Shown here piece by piece: positions 26,161 to 39,821 of a DNA stretch of 64,000 nt. The DNA is from Octopus vulgaris (Eukaryota), in contig OX597815.1 of NCBI GenBank assembly GCA_951406725.2, positions 159,712,001 through 159,776,000 on the forward strand, in the 5' to 3' direction. Every line of letters starts with the position of its first letter. Positions within the stretch are counted from its first letter, which is position 1. Made by a program: the position numbers and the translations under genes. The notes beneath the pieces were generated by a model. It saw only the letters and a list, made by a program, of their open reading frames with translations. It had not been told where the DNA came from and made no database searches.

Positions 26161-27023
26161 CTTGTTTATATCTCAATGACTTAGTGGTTCAGCAACAAGA
26201 AATCAACAAAATAAGTGCCAGGTTGAAAATAAAAATAAGTACTGGAAGTTAATTTGTCTGAATAAACTCTTCAAGGTAGTGCTCCAGCAAGGCCACAATC
26301 CAGTAACTGAAACAAGTAAAAGATAAAAATATTAAAGATAAAGCAATAAAAATGTCAATTAAAAATGAATTACCTCATTCATTTGATACACCAAATAGAA
26401 ATTTAATTCCTAACATTGACTCAAAACATTTGGAGAAGGCTTATAAATTAAATAATCGAGTCTTCTTGCCTATTTATAATTTGCTGTTTGTCTCAGCATT
26501 TCAACTTATTTTGTATTCTCCTAGCAATTATTGCATTAATCATTTTGTTTATGTGGTTAATTACATCACCAAATTGTCTCACCTATATGTCATCTCATGC
26601 TGTAAGTTACATTATAATCACCTGAGTTGAACATGGAATTTGTTCGTTCTTTCTCTCTGTTTGCTTCTATCGTTCCTTGAGATCAACAACGTCAGCAAAC
26701 ATCTTTCTAAAATGTCTTCGTCTCTTTTATTAGAAAAAAAAAAAAGAAAACTTTGGTGTTTTTGTGACTTAATAATAATCCATTGAATGAGATTATATTT
26801 AGGAGCAGATAGCATCATGGGTCCATAATTACTATCTCTTGTCTGTGTACAAATAAACCATCTAACTAATCCTTTTGACTTCATTATGGAGAAAAATTTA
26901 TATTGTTTACGATATGTGTGTATATATATGTGTGCGTGTAATTATGTGCATATACACATACATTCCTAATACATACCTATGTATGTTGTGGATGCATGCA
27001 AAATAATGTTATATAACATAATA

Positions 27024-27070
<47 letters not shown>

Positions 27071-27397
27071 ATATATAAAATGTGAACATGTACACATATA
27101 TATGCTCTGTTTATCTCACACACTCTCTTTCTTTCTCTCTCTCTCTCTCTCTCTTCTCTGACCTTCTGCAACCTTACTCTCTGAAATCCTCTCCGTCTCT
27201 TTGTGTTTATTATTACAGGCTTCTCAATTCTAATGAGAAGACTTGTTATTGCCCTTAGGCTTTCTTATTATCATAGAGTAATTTACTTGTTATTAAATAA
27301 TATTTTTAGCAATATTCTGTTCGGTTGCTTTATTGTCTGCAGCAAGAGATCTTTGCTAGTTAACTATTTTATAATACCACCTCATCATCATGATTGT

Positions 27398-27473
27398 ATT
27401 ATTATTATTATTATCATCATCATCGTCATTATTATTATTATTATTATTATTATCATTATTATTATTATTATTA

Positions 27474-27513
<40 letters not shown>

Positions 27514-27523
27514 TATTATTATT
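27398..27523. repeat. (ATT/ATC)n microsatellite
   Basis: Trinucleotide run. Confidence 0.95.
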
Positions 27524-28211
27524 ATAGAACACATCAGATTGATTATTGTACATAGATATGCATTTAAAGAATGCACACATATATCTACTTTGTGTATTTT
27601 GTTTCCATACATAGCTGTACCATATGTGTATGCCTATACTTGTGTTTTCCTTTAAACTCCATAAGTGTATATCTATCTATCTACCCATCCATCCATTCAC
27701 CACCCCACACACACGCACATGCATATATACACACACTCTCATATACTCTTATGCTGGTGTAGAAATATTTTTGTATTTGTTGTATTCATTGATGAAAAAA
27801 AAGATAAGAAGCCATAAAAGCAGATATTTCGAAAGTTTTTAAGTTAGTACCATCAATAACAGCATCTCTTTTAATGAGCTAATAAATGAGCAAGTGCGTG
27901 TTGGCATGAACTACTCAAAATAACCATTGAATCTCCTGCTACAAAATGCTTGGCAAGACCACGGACCTCCAGTCGCAGAAAGCATGCTAAAAATGTAATG
28001 TTTGAATGATATTTGGTCCAGACCCATCTCGGGGTGCCAGCATGGAATAAGAAGTGTAACATGGTGATAATGACAAAATGTAACATAACACAAATAAATT
28101 AATGCAATAAACATGTTTAATAACAGATGTTTATGTCATTTTCACAGACAGAATTATGTAAGAAAATAGAAACAGGTTTAACAGAATATATGAAATAAAC
28201 ATACAACTGGC

Positions 28212-28600
28212 TTCCATGCTGGTGGCACATAAAAAGCACCATTCGAGCGTGATCATTACCAGCGTCACCTTACTGGCACCTGTGCTGGTGGCACATGAAA
28301 AAACATTCAAACGAAGTCATTGCCAGTGCTGCTGGACTGGCTCCTGTGCAGGTGGCACATAGAAAACACCATTTGAGCATGGCCATTGCCAGTACCACCT
28401 GACTGGTCCTCGTGCCAGTGGCACGTAAAAACACCCACTACACTCTTGGAGTGGTTGGCGTTAGGAAAGGTATCCAGCTGTAGAAGCTCTACCAGATCAA
28501 GATTGAAGCCTGGTGCAGCCATCTGGTTCGCCAGTCCTCAGTTAAATCCTCCAACCCATGCATGGAAAGTGGACGTTAAATGATGATGATGATGATGATG
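28212..28600 (+). mobile_element. Family C retroposon with diverged ~60-bp 5' repeats
   Basis: Four ggtggcac.taaaaa.cacc motifs, then the body and (GAT)n tail. Confidence 0.85.
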
Positions 28601-28604
28601 AGTA

Positions 28605-28990
28605 GAGGTGCCTGCATGACTGAGTAGTTTAAAAGCTTGCCTCCCAATCATGCAGTCTTGGGTTCTGTGCCACTGCTTGGCACCATGGGCAAGTGTCTTT
28701 TACTATACCCTCAGGCTTACCAAAACCTTGTCAGTGAATTTGATTGACAGAAACTGAAAGAAGCTTCTCATATATGTGTTTATGTTTGTTCTCCAACAAC
28801 ATTCACCAACCAGTTTTAGTCCATTTACATCCCTGCAACTTAGCAGTTCAGCTAAGAAAATCTGATAGAGTAAATGCCAATCTTTAAAAATAAATACTAG
28901 AGTTGACTTTTTTTTACTAAGCCCATCGAGGTGGTGCCCCTGTATGGCCACAGTCCAATGACTGAAGCAAATCAAAGACTAAAGATAAAC
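28605..28990 (+). mobile_element. Family A SINE, decayed
   Basis: ggcaccatgggcaagtgtctttt...ggtggtgcccctgtatggccacagtccaatgactgaagc. Confidence 0.75.
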
Positions 28991-29151
28991 GTATCAAGTT
29001 GAACAGAAACAAAACTCACCCCTTGTGCAGAATATTTCATATGTACTAAAGATGTCCAGGTGTAGAGTAATCAAATATGTTGTCAAAATCCTAATTAACC
29101 TACTTTAAACTCAGTCAGAAACAGTTATTGTTTAATAACTAAGTGATGGAT

Positions 29152-29370
29152 AAAGCAGTGAGCTGGCAGAATCATTAGCATGTGAGGTGAAATGCTTGGT
29201 GGTATTTCATGTCTTTATGTTCTGTGTTCAAATTCCTCCAAGGTTGACTTTGCATTTCAACCCCTTCAGTGTCAGGAGAATCAGTAACTGTTGACCACTA
29301 AGGTTGATGTAATTGATTTAATTCTCACCCTTGAAATTACTGGTCTTGTGCCAAAATAGGAAATCATATT
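29152..29370 (+). mobile_element. Family B (Meta-type) SINE, decayed
   Basis: aaagcagtgagctggcagaatcattagc...ggtcttgtgccaaaa. Confidence 0.75.
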
Positions 29371-30584
29371 AGTGGTGGGTCTCTGTTGTTCACTGGTGAT
29401 GATTCAGGTGTTTAATTAGCTGGTTTACCTTCTCCCAATTAACACGTAATTGACTGAGCATTGTAAAGACACATGAATCCTTTAACATTGTTTCTGCAGA
29501 CAGAGTCCCCATGACTAACTATGTGACAAGGTAGTGCCTGTCTTTTTTTTTAAATTTTATTTTTCAGTTCCATTTCAGTCTAGTCAATATGAACTTCTAT
29601 ACAGTTTTCATTCGTTTCCTTCATGAGGTATAGGTTGACTTGATCCCTAGGATAATGACAGTCCTTCAAGATCCCAGAGATTGTGATCAAACGAGAAAAT
29701 AGTTAAACTTCTTAGCTATTCAGCCACACTGTAGTCAACTGGTTTAGAAGTTTGTAACCATATAATAAATTACAAGGATACAACATTGAAAAATGTCCTT
29801 ATCAACTACATGCAAGCATTGTAAGAAATTTCAAGAAGCCAACATAATACAGATATTCAGCCCCCAAACATGACAGCTGTAAATTTCATAAATCTAACTG
29901 TTACATTCAGATGTTCCAATTGAACATCAATGCCAAGGGATTTGAAATTTTGTGAGGGTTTGCTAAAGTTAAGAGCACTACCACTCTTCTACTGACTCAC
30001 TAACAGAAAGAAAACCTTTCCACAAATAATGTATAGGTGCTATGCAATGTTGCTTATTGTCAAAGCATATACAATAAAGAGCCACAATGATATACTTCAC
30101 AAAACATACATGCTTACAACTTGAGTGAAAATCTCTTTTCTGAAGTATAACTGTCGTCTGTGAAATACTTCCCCAAAACCTACAATAAACTTTATGGAAT
30201 CAAACTAAAATTGTAAACATAATCTAACAAATAACACTTCCTAGTAGGAATATCTGGATGAGTAGCAAGTTTGCTTCTCAAGCATCCCTTCCCATATTTG
30301 ATTCAAATGTACTGCATCCTAGCATTTTGAGCGAGTATTTTCTACTGTTACTTCGGGTTACCCAACAATATGTGGGTGTAATTCAGTAGAGAGAAAATGC
30401 CCAAATATGTGTCTGTGTTTGGATGTTTTATCATCATCATCATCATCATCATAATATTGTCTTTTCCATGTTTACATAGGTCAAGCCAAATTTGTAGTGG
30501 CAGATTTTCTGGTATCAGCTGTTACCAACTCTCACCTATTTCCAAGCATATATATATATACTTCAGAGATGATGATTAAGTTTT

Positions 30585-30727
30585 CATCAGATAAAATGAT
30601 AAAGGTATTGCTTTGACCTACCAAGTTACCTGATTGAAACCCAATAGAACATTTGTTGGGTGTTTTGAAAAGGAAACTCGAGGAGAAAAAACCCTGCAAT
30701 GTAAAACAGTTGAAAAACATCATAGAG
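30585..30727 (+). pseudogene. Tc1 transposase fragment (catalytic E region)
   Basis: Translates IKVLL*PTKLPD*NPIEHLLGVLKRKLEEKKPCNVKQLKNII, a decayed WPxxSPDLNPIEHLW motif. Confidence 0.8.
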
Positions 30728-30749
30728 AGAGACAAACAGACAGATGGAT

Positions 30750-31260
30750 GATGCCGGTATCATGTAAAAAGCACCTCCTAAGCATTGAGTCTCACAGAGG
30801 TAATGTGGCTGATGCCAATGGCATGTAACTACCAGTGGCATGTAAAGAACACCTTTTGAGCATTGGGGATCACAGAAGCAATGTGACCAGTGCTGGTGTC
30901 ACATAACTAGCACCTGTGCCGGTAGCATATAAAAGCATCTTTTGAGTATTGAACCTTACGGAGGCAATAACAAATGATCGAGACCTTTGGCAATATGTGT
31001 CATGCATGACTAGAAGATCCATCAAGCCAAGTGAAATCATAGTCATGTCAGATACTGGTGTCACAAAACTGGCACTTGCTGCCAGTGGCAGGTAAAAGCA
31101 CCTATTACACTCTCAGAGTAGTTGACATTAGGAAGGGAATCCAACCGTAGAAACCATGCCAAACCAGACGGGTGTCTGGTACAGCCCCTCAGCTTACTAG
31201 CCTTGGTCAAACCATCCAACCTATTCTAGCATGGACAACAGATGTTAAATGATGATGATG
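30750..31260 (+). mobile_element. Family C retroposon, decayed, with 5' repeats
   Basis: Repeated gtggca.gtaaaa.cacc motifs, the body, and a (GAT)n tail. Confidence 0.78.
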
Positions 31261-31570
31261 GATAGATGGATGGATGGGCGAGTGGGGAGGTAGGTAGATA
31301 GATAGACAGACAGACAGACATAACTAGATCGATAGACAGACATGGACAGTTAGATAAATTGTTAGATAGATAGGTAGATACATAGATAGACAGACAGACA
31401 GACAGACAGACCTACATAGCTAGATCGATAGACAAACAGATGGACAGTTAGATAGATAAATAAATAGACAGAAAGATAGATAGATAGATAGGTAAATCAA
31501 TCCATAGATAGATAGAGATAGATAGATAGATAGATATGTAGATAAATAGATTGATAGACAGACAGACACA
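31260..31570. repeat. (GATA)n/(GACA)n microsatellite
   Basis: Tetranucleotide runs. Confidence 0.92.
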
Positions 31571-32272
31571 CATAATCACTATCATATGTCTATTTTCCAC
31601 ACTGTTATTATATATATGTACATACATTTAGCCACAGATATACATGTATACAAAGACAGTGAGAGAGAGATACAGGTTATTCAGAAGTTCATTTAGAAGT
31701 TTATTATTTTTTTTTCATATCATTTGAATGCTAGAGGGCTTTCTAAGCCTCTGAATCAGCCTGTGTGGGTAGGTGGATGGGTGGGAGTGTGTGTGTGTGC
31801 GTGCATGCATGCACATGTGCATATTTAGTTTTAAACTCTACCAAGCAGAAGTTAACATGCATACAGACAGACCCACACAAACTGCAACTCTTGATAATAG
31901 ATGGTAATGAAGTCAGTAGCTTTTGAGGTAAATAAGTGTGAACCAACATTTGAATAAAATGGGATTTTAATTAAAATTGAAAGTAAAATGTCAAGGAAGT
32001 AACAACAATGATGATTAATTTTATTCTGCATAGCTGCCCCATATTTGTAGTAGCTATAATGACACCCACCAGAAAGATAGGTTTGGAATTAGGATCTGTT
32101 AAGAGAAAGGCATGCCTGTGTGGCTAAGAAGTTCACTGTACAAGCATGTGATTGGAATTCAATCCCAGTGTGTGGTTCCTTTCAGCAAGTATCTTGTACT
32201 ATAGCTTCACTACCATGTGTGTGAATTTTTTTGATGCAAACTGTGTGGGGAACCCATTAAATGTGTGTGTAT

Positions 32273-32668
32273 TATTCTTTTACTTGATTCAGTCATTTGA
32301 TTACAGCCATGCTGGAGCACTGCCTTAACGGTTTTTAGTTGAAGCAATTGACCCCATGACTTATTCTTTGTAAACCTTGTGCCTATCCTACCAGTCTCCT
32401 TTACCAAATCACTAAGTTACAGAGACATAAACACTCCAGTATCAGTTGTCATGTGATGGTGGTAAGGACAAACACACACACACGAATATATATAGATATA
32501 TATATATGATGGGCTTCTTTCAGTTTTCGTCTACCAAATCCACTCACAAGTCTTTGGTCAGTCCAAGGCTTTAGTAGAAAACACTTGCCCAAGGTGCCAC
32601 ACAGTGGGACTGAACCCAGAATCATGTGGTTAGGAAGCAAGCTTCTTACCACACACCCACGCCTGTGC
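32273..32668 (-). mobile_element. Family A SINE, full length; further fragments follow to about 33000
   Basis: Complete tail-to-head colinearity with 4962-5337. Confidence 0.88.
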
Positions 32669-33109
32669 CTATATGTGTATGTGCATGTGTGTGTGTCTTT
32701 GTGTCTGTGTTTGTCACCCTTCACCATTTGACAACCAGTGCTGGTTTGTTTAAATCTCTGAAACTTGGTGGTTTGGCAATAGATATAAAGAGAATAAGTA
32801 CCAGACTTCAAAAACTTGACTACAGCCATACTGAGGCACCCCTTTGAAGGGTTTTCTTTGAACAAATCAACACTAGTACTTACCTTTTAAGTCGGGTACT
32901 TCTTCTTTTGCTCTCTACTGCCATACCACTAAGTTATAGGGATATAACAAACCAGCACCGGTTGCCAAGCATTAGGGTGGAGACATACACATATACACAT
33001 ATGATAGAATGTTCTCAGTACATTCTATAAAATGGAGGGTGCCATGTATTTGACAGAGTTACAGGATCCTCAAGATCCTGCATCTTTACTCACTTGCCAA
33101 CCACTTCAA

Positions 33110-33740
33110 TCCTTTAGCATTCAAATAAACTATATCTAGCCCTAATAGTCTACCTGTTCTATGCTCAAGCCAGCCGGATCTGACTTCTAACACTTACCCT
33201 ACAATGTTATTCTGAAAATAAACAATCATATTGTTGAAATCTCACCCTTGGCATGGATACATTGAAACTCCGACGTCTGGCAGATGACTTACTAACAATA
33301 ACTCTGAGCACCTTTTCAAACTCCACCTGTCTAACACCTGTGGACATGTTTACAAAATCAGAAAACAGCACAGCTCCCATGACTTTCGGAAACATTTTTT
33401 CTCGCTAAGAGTTGCTGAAGTATGGAACAAACTGCCGGCATCAGTTGTTAGTTGTCGGAGCGCTGCATTCTTCAAAACTTCCATGCTTCCTGAGATTCGC
33501 CAACACTACACCCAATTTTCTCCCCTCCATACACACACAAGCATATATCTGACTCATACACTGTTCACTTCCCAGACATTTGTACATTACTGCATATGTT
33601 TTATACACACTTTTGACAAGTTGTGGTGCACCTGAGAACCGTATGCAATAATTTCATTATTATTTTATTATAATGCAGGATAAATTCAAAATGGAAATAA
33701 ATAAGCATTACATTGACAAATTAATCAGAAAGCTAAAGGG
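33110..33740. mobile_element. piggyBac-like MITE (inverted relative to 2022-2259), split by a CR1 insertion
   Basis: cctttagcattc ... agctaaaggg|ttaa; 33110-33243 and about 33670-33740 match the two halves of the 2022-2259 copy. Confidence 0.78.
33245..33668 (+). mobile_element. CR1 LINE 3' end (5'-truncated)
   Basis: Translates LGMDTLKLRRLADDL..HLFKLHLSNTCGHVYKIRKQHSSHDFRKHFFSLRVAEVWNKLPASVV (CR1 C-terminus), then a 3'UTR and (att)n tail. Confidence 0.85.
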
Positions 33741-34200
33741 TTAAATGTTCCTGCTTGGGTAAATTTATAGTGGTACTCAAAATAGTGGGTGTTGCCTCAT
33801 GCACCAAATTTTAAAGTACTCTCACCCCTTTGTAAAGTATTTGTTTATTTATTCATGACAGTGTGGTTGAGAGGTGAACAGAAGGGACAGAAATACAGAA
33901 GAACCAGAATCAGAGGGAGAAGGAACAGGAGTGTGATGATAGAAACAGTGAAAGGAATGAGCAAGTTATAGAAGGAGTGAGAGAGTGATGGATGCTAATA
34001 AAGGTGGATAAATGGCAAGAGTTGTGGCCAAGTGAGGGGTATAGAAGTGGGGAGAATACAATTAAGTGCCAGTTACCAAACTTATGATGCTGAGATTAAT
34101 ATCAGTTAGCACTAAAAATATTTCTGTTCATGAACGAAAATTTAATTTTAGCTCACAACCCTAAGTATGATTGCCCGCACTTAACTAATATACATATATT

Positions 34201-34245
<45 letters not shown>

Positions 34246-35639
34246 AGATTTATTGTGTTCTTAAAGTTATAAGTTTCTGCTTCACAGTAATCTTATTTCC
34301 TGCTATCAGAATTGACATCCAAGCTCCAGTGTCACATGAAAAACCCCTTTATACATACATATATATATATGGTTTTATAATTAAATTGTTGAAAAGAGTT
34401 AAGATTATTGAGTTTTCTCAACCAAGAAAGAAACAAAAATGTAATTGTTAATTTCTGTTCAGTAAAAAAAATATCTTTATTTAAAGCCTAATGGAATTAC
34501 TAAAAAAATTTCGTATTAAATAAGCCTAGATTAGAACGATGAGCTGTATTCTAAAATGATAAATGATCAGTATCTAAGTAACAGATAATTGTTTACATCG
34601 GTATTCATTTATAAAAGTGCAGTCAAGCCTGCCTACATTATTCCCTATTGAAAAGTTAAATCACCGCTGTGTTTTATATTTTAGATTTAGAATTAAATAT
34701 TTTATGTAATAAGCATTTCTTTTACCAAACTATCTAGTCACAGCTAAATTTATTTTAATTCAATCATTCTAAAAGATTTGTTGCATGCAACCATTTGTGA
34801 ATGAAAGAATTTTCTCATCAGCTGACAGCTCAAAAGGATCAAACAGACATTTATTGTAAAGCAAGTTTTGAGAGAAACAGCCAGTTTGTTCTTTCTTTTG
34901 TTTCTTACAGTAATAAAAGCTTCCCGATAATTCTGTTTGCTTCTATTGTGTAATCAATGGCGATAGCTGTTCCTGTATCCTATATTATAAAGTTTTAAAC
35001 CTATTTAATAATAATTGTTCTTATTACGGTGGATGATTGAAATGGAATTTCAAATACACAGCTTCCTGTCTGTATGATTACATCAGCGGGGAAGGAAAGA
35101 GAACAAATTGGATTTGAAATTAAATTTTTGTCTTGCAGTGGTTAAGGTGTGAGCTGCACAATTTCCTGATAACTTCAGATATTTTTGTTCACAACTGCAA
35201 TAAATATTATCCTATGGATTCATACATTTCCTAATGTTTTTCTGACTTACTCTTGTAATATTACTCTTTTTGATGCCTTCTTTCATTTTATCTTTTGTTT
35301 TCGAATATTGATTTATTTTTCTCTTTTTCTGGGTTTTTTTTTCACCTCCTGTAGAATGTACATTGTGAATGTCCTTGAATGTCTTTCATATAAATGATTA
35401 AGCTTTCAGTTATATGTGTGTAACGCATTGTCTGGGAATTTCTTTTCATTTTGTTCAGAATATTTGCATTTTGCTGCTTACATCTATGTATTGATACATG
35501 CCGACTAACACTTAAAACAAAGAGAATTCTGCCATATACAAGGTTTAAAACATTACAATTTAAAAGGGATTTAATTACATGTGATATTTGTGATATAAGG
35601 ATAGATGGATAGATAGATATAAACACACACATATGTGTA

Positions 35640-36510
35640 TTTATGTGGCTGTAGTAGTGAGTTTGCTTCTCAACCACATGGATCTATGGTCAGTCTCACT
35701 GCACATGGCACCTTGGGCAAGTGTCTTCTATTATAGCCCCAACCAAAGCCTTGCAAATAAATCAGATAGATGGAAACTGAAGGAAGCCCATTATATGTAT
35801 GTATGTATATATGTATATATCTTTGTGTTGTATTTGCCACCCCCCTTGTCAACTCATGTTGGTTTGTTTACATCCCCATTGTTTAGTGATTTGGAAAAAG
35901 TGACCAGTAGAAATATCAGACTTGAAAAATAAGTACTGGGATCAATCAGTTCAACTAAGCCCCTTCTAAGTTGTGCTTCAGTATGGCAACAGTCTAGTGA
36001 ATGAATCAAGTAAATAATAAACGATATATATGCATGTTATCACCCTCATCATCATTGTTTCAGTGTCCATTTTCCCATACATGTATGGCTCCGACTGAAA
36101 TTGTTGAGGCAGATTTCCTATGGCTTGATGTTCTACTTGTCACCAGCCTCTACTTGTTTCCTTGCAAGATAATATTTCCACATGGCTAGACATGATTTTC
36201 ATAGAAGACTGGGGAAAAAAAACATCACTTGCATGATTAGATGCTCACTTTGGACCATCATATGATGTCAAAGCTAAGACACTGATATATCATCATCATC
36301 ATCATTATCATTTAACATCCACACACACATACATAGACATATACATATATATATATATATGATGGGCTTTGCACAGTTTCCATCCACCACAATTACTCAC
36401 AAGGCTCTGGTCAGCCCAAGGCTATAGCAGAAGACATTTGCCCAAGGTGCCATGCAGTGGGACTGAACCCAGAAGCATGTGGTTCGGAAGCAAGGTTCTT
36501 ACCACACATT
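35640..36510. mobile_element. SINE cluster: family A (+, 35640-36020), family C variant (-, 36040-36290), family A head (-, 36360-36510)
   Basis: Diagnostic head, core and tail motifs. Confidence 0.72.
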
Positions 36511-37007
36511 CATTATGTCATAGTTTTGAGATTTTGATGATGTGATTAGGGTAGGTGTAAGAGGCCAAATCTAGCCAGTTTGAACATAAAATAAGTAGAA
36601 TATTTTGGCCAGATATGGTCCGTTTAAATACTAAAGGGTTTGATAAATTGTAGAAGTTCTGCAAATCTGCAAAGATTAGACAGAGTAGCATGGAAAGAAA
36701 ATGTATTTAATGCCATATTAAATATACAGGGCCTATTTTTCTTATAACATAGACTACATTATATTGTGTACCTGTATTTTAAACATGTGTGATTTGAGGG
36801 AGATTTGGCTGCAATTCTTTGCTAGTTAAACAACTGAGTTCAGGCTCCTTTTTCATTAGCTCATAGTATAATGGTAATAAATTTGGATATTAATCAAGCA
36901 GTATGAATTAAAGCTCACTGATATGTTACTAATTGTTACTATTTGTTTATATGTTCTAATATATTCATATAACCTTCTGAAGAATCCATGTTCATTGAAA
37001 ATTTGTA

Positions 37008-37186
37008 TGTGGGCATGCTGAAAAGTTCCTGGTTTTAAGGGTGTCACGAAAGGCCTGGTTGTTCTTTTACAGGGCTTAGAAAAACTGAAGGACCGCTGCA
37101 AGAAGTGTGTGAATCTGAGAGGAGGAATACGTCGAATAAAATTATATTCCTTTTCCCAAAGTCTGGAACTTTTCAGTACCCCTTTG
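37008..37186 (+). mobile_element. mariner-derived MITE
   Basis: TIRs gggcatgctgaaaagttcctggttt / aaagtctggaacttttcagtacccc with TA flanks. The interior encodes the mariner C-terminus GLEKLKDRCKKCVNLRG-EYVE*. Confidence 0.88.
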
Positions 37187-38027
37187 TATGTATGTATTTG
37201 GTGGTACATAACAGTTTTCTGTCAATTCCTAGAAATCTATTTAAAAGACTATGAAAAGTCACGTATTTCTCTTTGTAAGTATTTCTTCCATTGCTACATG
37301 TATTTATAAATCTCCTATTATTTTCTATTTAAACAGGTGCCTGTTGTCAGAACAGTCCAGCTTGTGTTATGAAACTGTCTCTATGCCATGTGGATGTATC
37401 CTTTTCAGTAAATATTTGCATCTTGTATGTGTTTATATCCTTTTACATTTTGGTTAGTGTGGATAGATTGGATAAGCTAAGAGAAATATCCAACATTGAA
37501 ATCTCTGAATATTATTTCTAATAGATATATCTGTGGTTGAAGCTTTCTCCTAACCATATGGCCTTCAGTTCAGTCCCACTATGAAGCACCTTGAGTAAGT
37601 GTCTTCTACTATAGCCCTGGACCAACCAAAGCCTTGCAAGTTAAATTGGTGGACAAAAACTGACAGAATCCCATCAGATGTGTGTGTGTATGTGTGCCTG
37701 TGTGTGTAAATGTATATATGTGTTTGCATATTTATGTATGTATATGTGTATCTATTTATGTGTGTGTGTGTGTGCCTTTGTGCATACCATTATTAAACAT
37801 CGTATGATGGTTATAGATGAGCATCATTGTCATACAAGTGAGGTTCCTCATTTCTAGTCATCCATGGAAAGCACGTCTTGCTACAGGGAAATATTACCTC
37901 GCTTAAAAACAGGTAAAGGTTGGTGACAGGAAGGGCATCTTACTAGAGAATCCACTTCGACAAATTCTGACTGACCCATGTGGACATGGATAAGTAGATA
38001 CTAAATAATGATGATGATGATTTCTAA

Positions 38028-38430
38028 TCTATTATATAAGATCCATTCTGTCTGTCTGTGCGTGTGTGTCTTCTGGGATCTCGGGCATCCTCCATCCGAT
38101 TGCACTCACATTTGATATGTAGATACCGATGGTATCAGGGTGTGTATAAGTCTTGAAAAAATTACAAAAATAGATTCCAGGTGAGAATGCGATTGATTAC
38201 TGGTACTTTAAACTCTTTGGGTGCATATTTGTGTGAATAAAATCGTTTTTCTTTGGAATAGAAAAAAAGTCTATCTTTAGTTATTCTTTTGCTGGTGTCT
38301 CAAATTTAAGTTAAATCAGTGTTTCTCAAAGGGAAGGCCTATGGGATGGTCGGACAAGTTGTTTTGAGAAAATTTGGTTTAAATGTTTGACAACTCAGCA
38401 CCGTCCATTGAACGGGGGGAGTTTTGCTCG
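38028..38430 (+). mobile_element. Non-autonomous Helitron-like element
   Basis: 5' A|TCtattatataag, then (tctg)n; 3' hairpin ccgtccattgaacgg followed by ctcg|t (degenerate CTAG|T). Confidence 0.65.
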
Positions 38431-39330
38431 TACAGATATAAGAATGGAAAAATGGATGGAGAAACATTCAGTTAAATTAACACTAGTACTTGTCGGGTAC
38501 TTATTTCATTTAACCCTTTGAAGGATGGAAAAGCAGTTGACCTTGGCTAGATTTGATCTCAGAATATAAAGGGACATAACTAAGTGATGCAATGCATTTT
38601 GTTCTGCTGATTTTGCTAATCCATGATCTCATTGAGTTCAATGCAATAATTAAGAAGATAAGTTCAGTGCAATTAATAAGATTCAGTGAGTAAAATGAAT
38701 TTGGGTGATTTTGGGGGAAGACGTGGCAGTTTTTATTGTGTAATTGAATCAGATGACATAGATAGTGGCCTATAGACTGAAACTAATTTCTCTTTCAGAA
38801 TTGATAGATAACATCAGTATGAATGATGTGGATTTTTATAACAGGAATATCAGTTTTCAAAGGAACAGGTCTGTTAAGTGAAATCTTTTGTGAGAGATTT
38901 CAAAGAGTTCTTTGAAAGTAATATTTTCAACAGATACAATAATATTGTGTTATGCAATGCCTTATAGGTGCAATTATGATAATATGATTAAGAAATTCAG
39001 TTTGCAACCAAGTGGCTTCAAGTTTGATATCACATCATGGCATCTTTAGCAAACATTTTCTGTCCACAGCCTTCAGTTGACTGAAATCTTTGGAGTGGAA
39101 TTGGATTGACCAAATAACTGTGCAGAAACATGTTGGATTAATTGTAACAGTTCTTCAACAGTAGGCTTAATACATTATGCTATTTAAGCCTATCACCTGG
39201 TCCTAAGGTGTCTTTAGTGGAGTCTGCTCAGTTGCAAGCATTCAGGGCAGGTTTGAGTGAAACTACCTCTTTCAATCTTAGACACTTTGCAATTGAGTGG
39301 AAATACTGCCCTTCCTCTTCTCATTCACAA

Positions 39331-39364
<34 letters not shown>

Positions 39365-39366
<2 letters not shown>

Positions 39367-39806
39367 TTTCTATTATAGACACAAGGCCTGAAATTGTAGA
39401 GGAGAGGGTTAGTCAATTACATTGACTCCAGTGTGTAATTGGTAATTATTTCATCAACCCTGAAAGGGGTGCCAGTTACATTGAAAGGATGAAAGGCAAA
39501 GTAAACCTCAGCAGAATTTAAACTCAGAACATAAGAATGGATGAAATGCCACTAAGCAATTTGCCTGGCGTGCTAACAATTCTGCCAACTTGCCACCTTC
39601 ATATAATAATAATAATGATGATAATAATAATAATAACCCTTTCTGCCATAGGCACATGGCCTAAAATTTTACAGGAGTGGTTTAGGCATTTATATTGAAT
39701 CCATACCTGAAATTTGAGGGGAGGAGTAAGTTGATTACGTTGTCCCCAGTGCATAACTGGTACTTATTTAATCGACCCTGAAAGGATGAAAGGCAAAGTC
39801 AACCTC
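39365..39806 (-). mobile_element. Two family B SINEs in tandem within (AAT)n
   Basis: 39365-39599 is full length and 39637-39806 lacks the head; (aat)n on each side. Confidence 0.8.
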
Positions 39807-39821
39807 ATAATAATAATGATG

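Noticed and set aside
36977-37007. CTGAAGA...GAAA...GTA spacing
   Set aside because: Helices I and II do not pair; probably chance in AT-rich DNA
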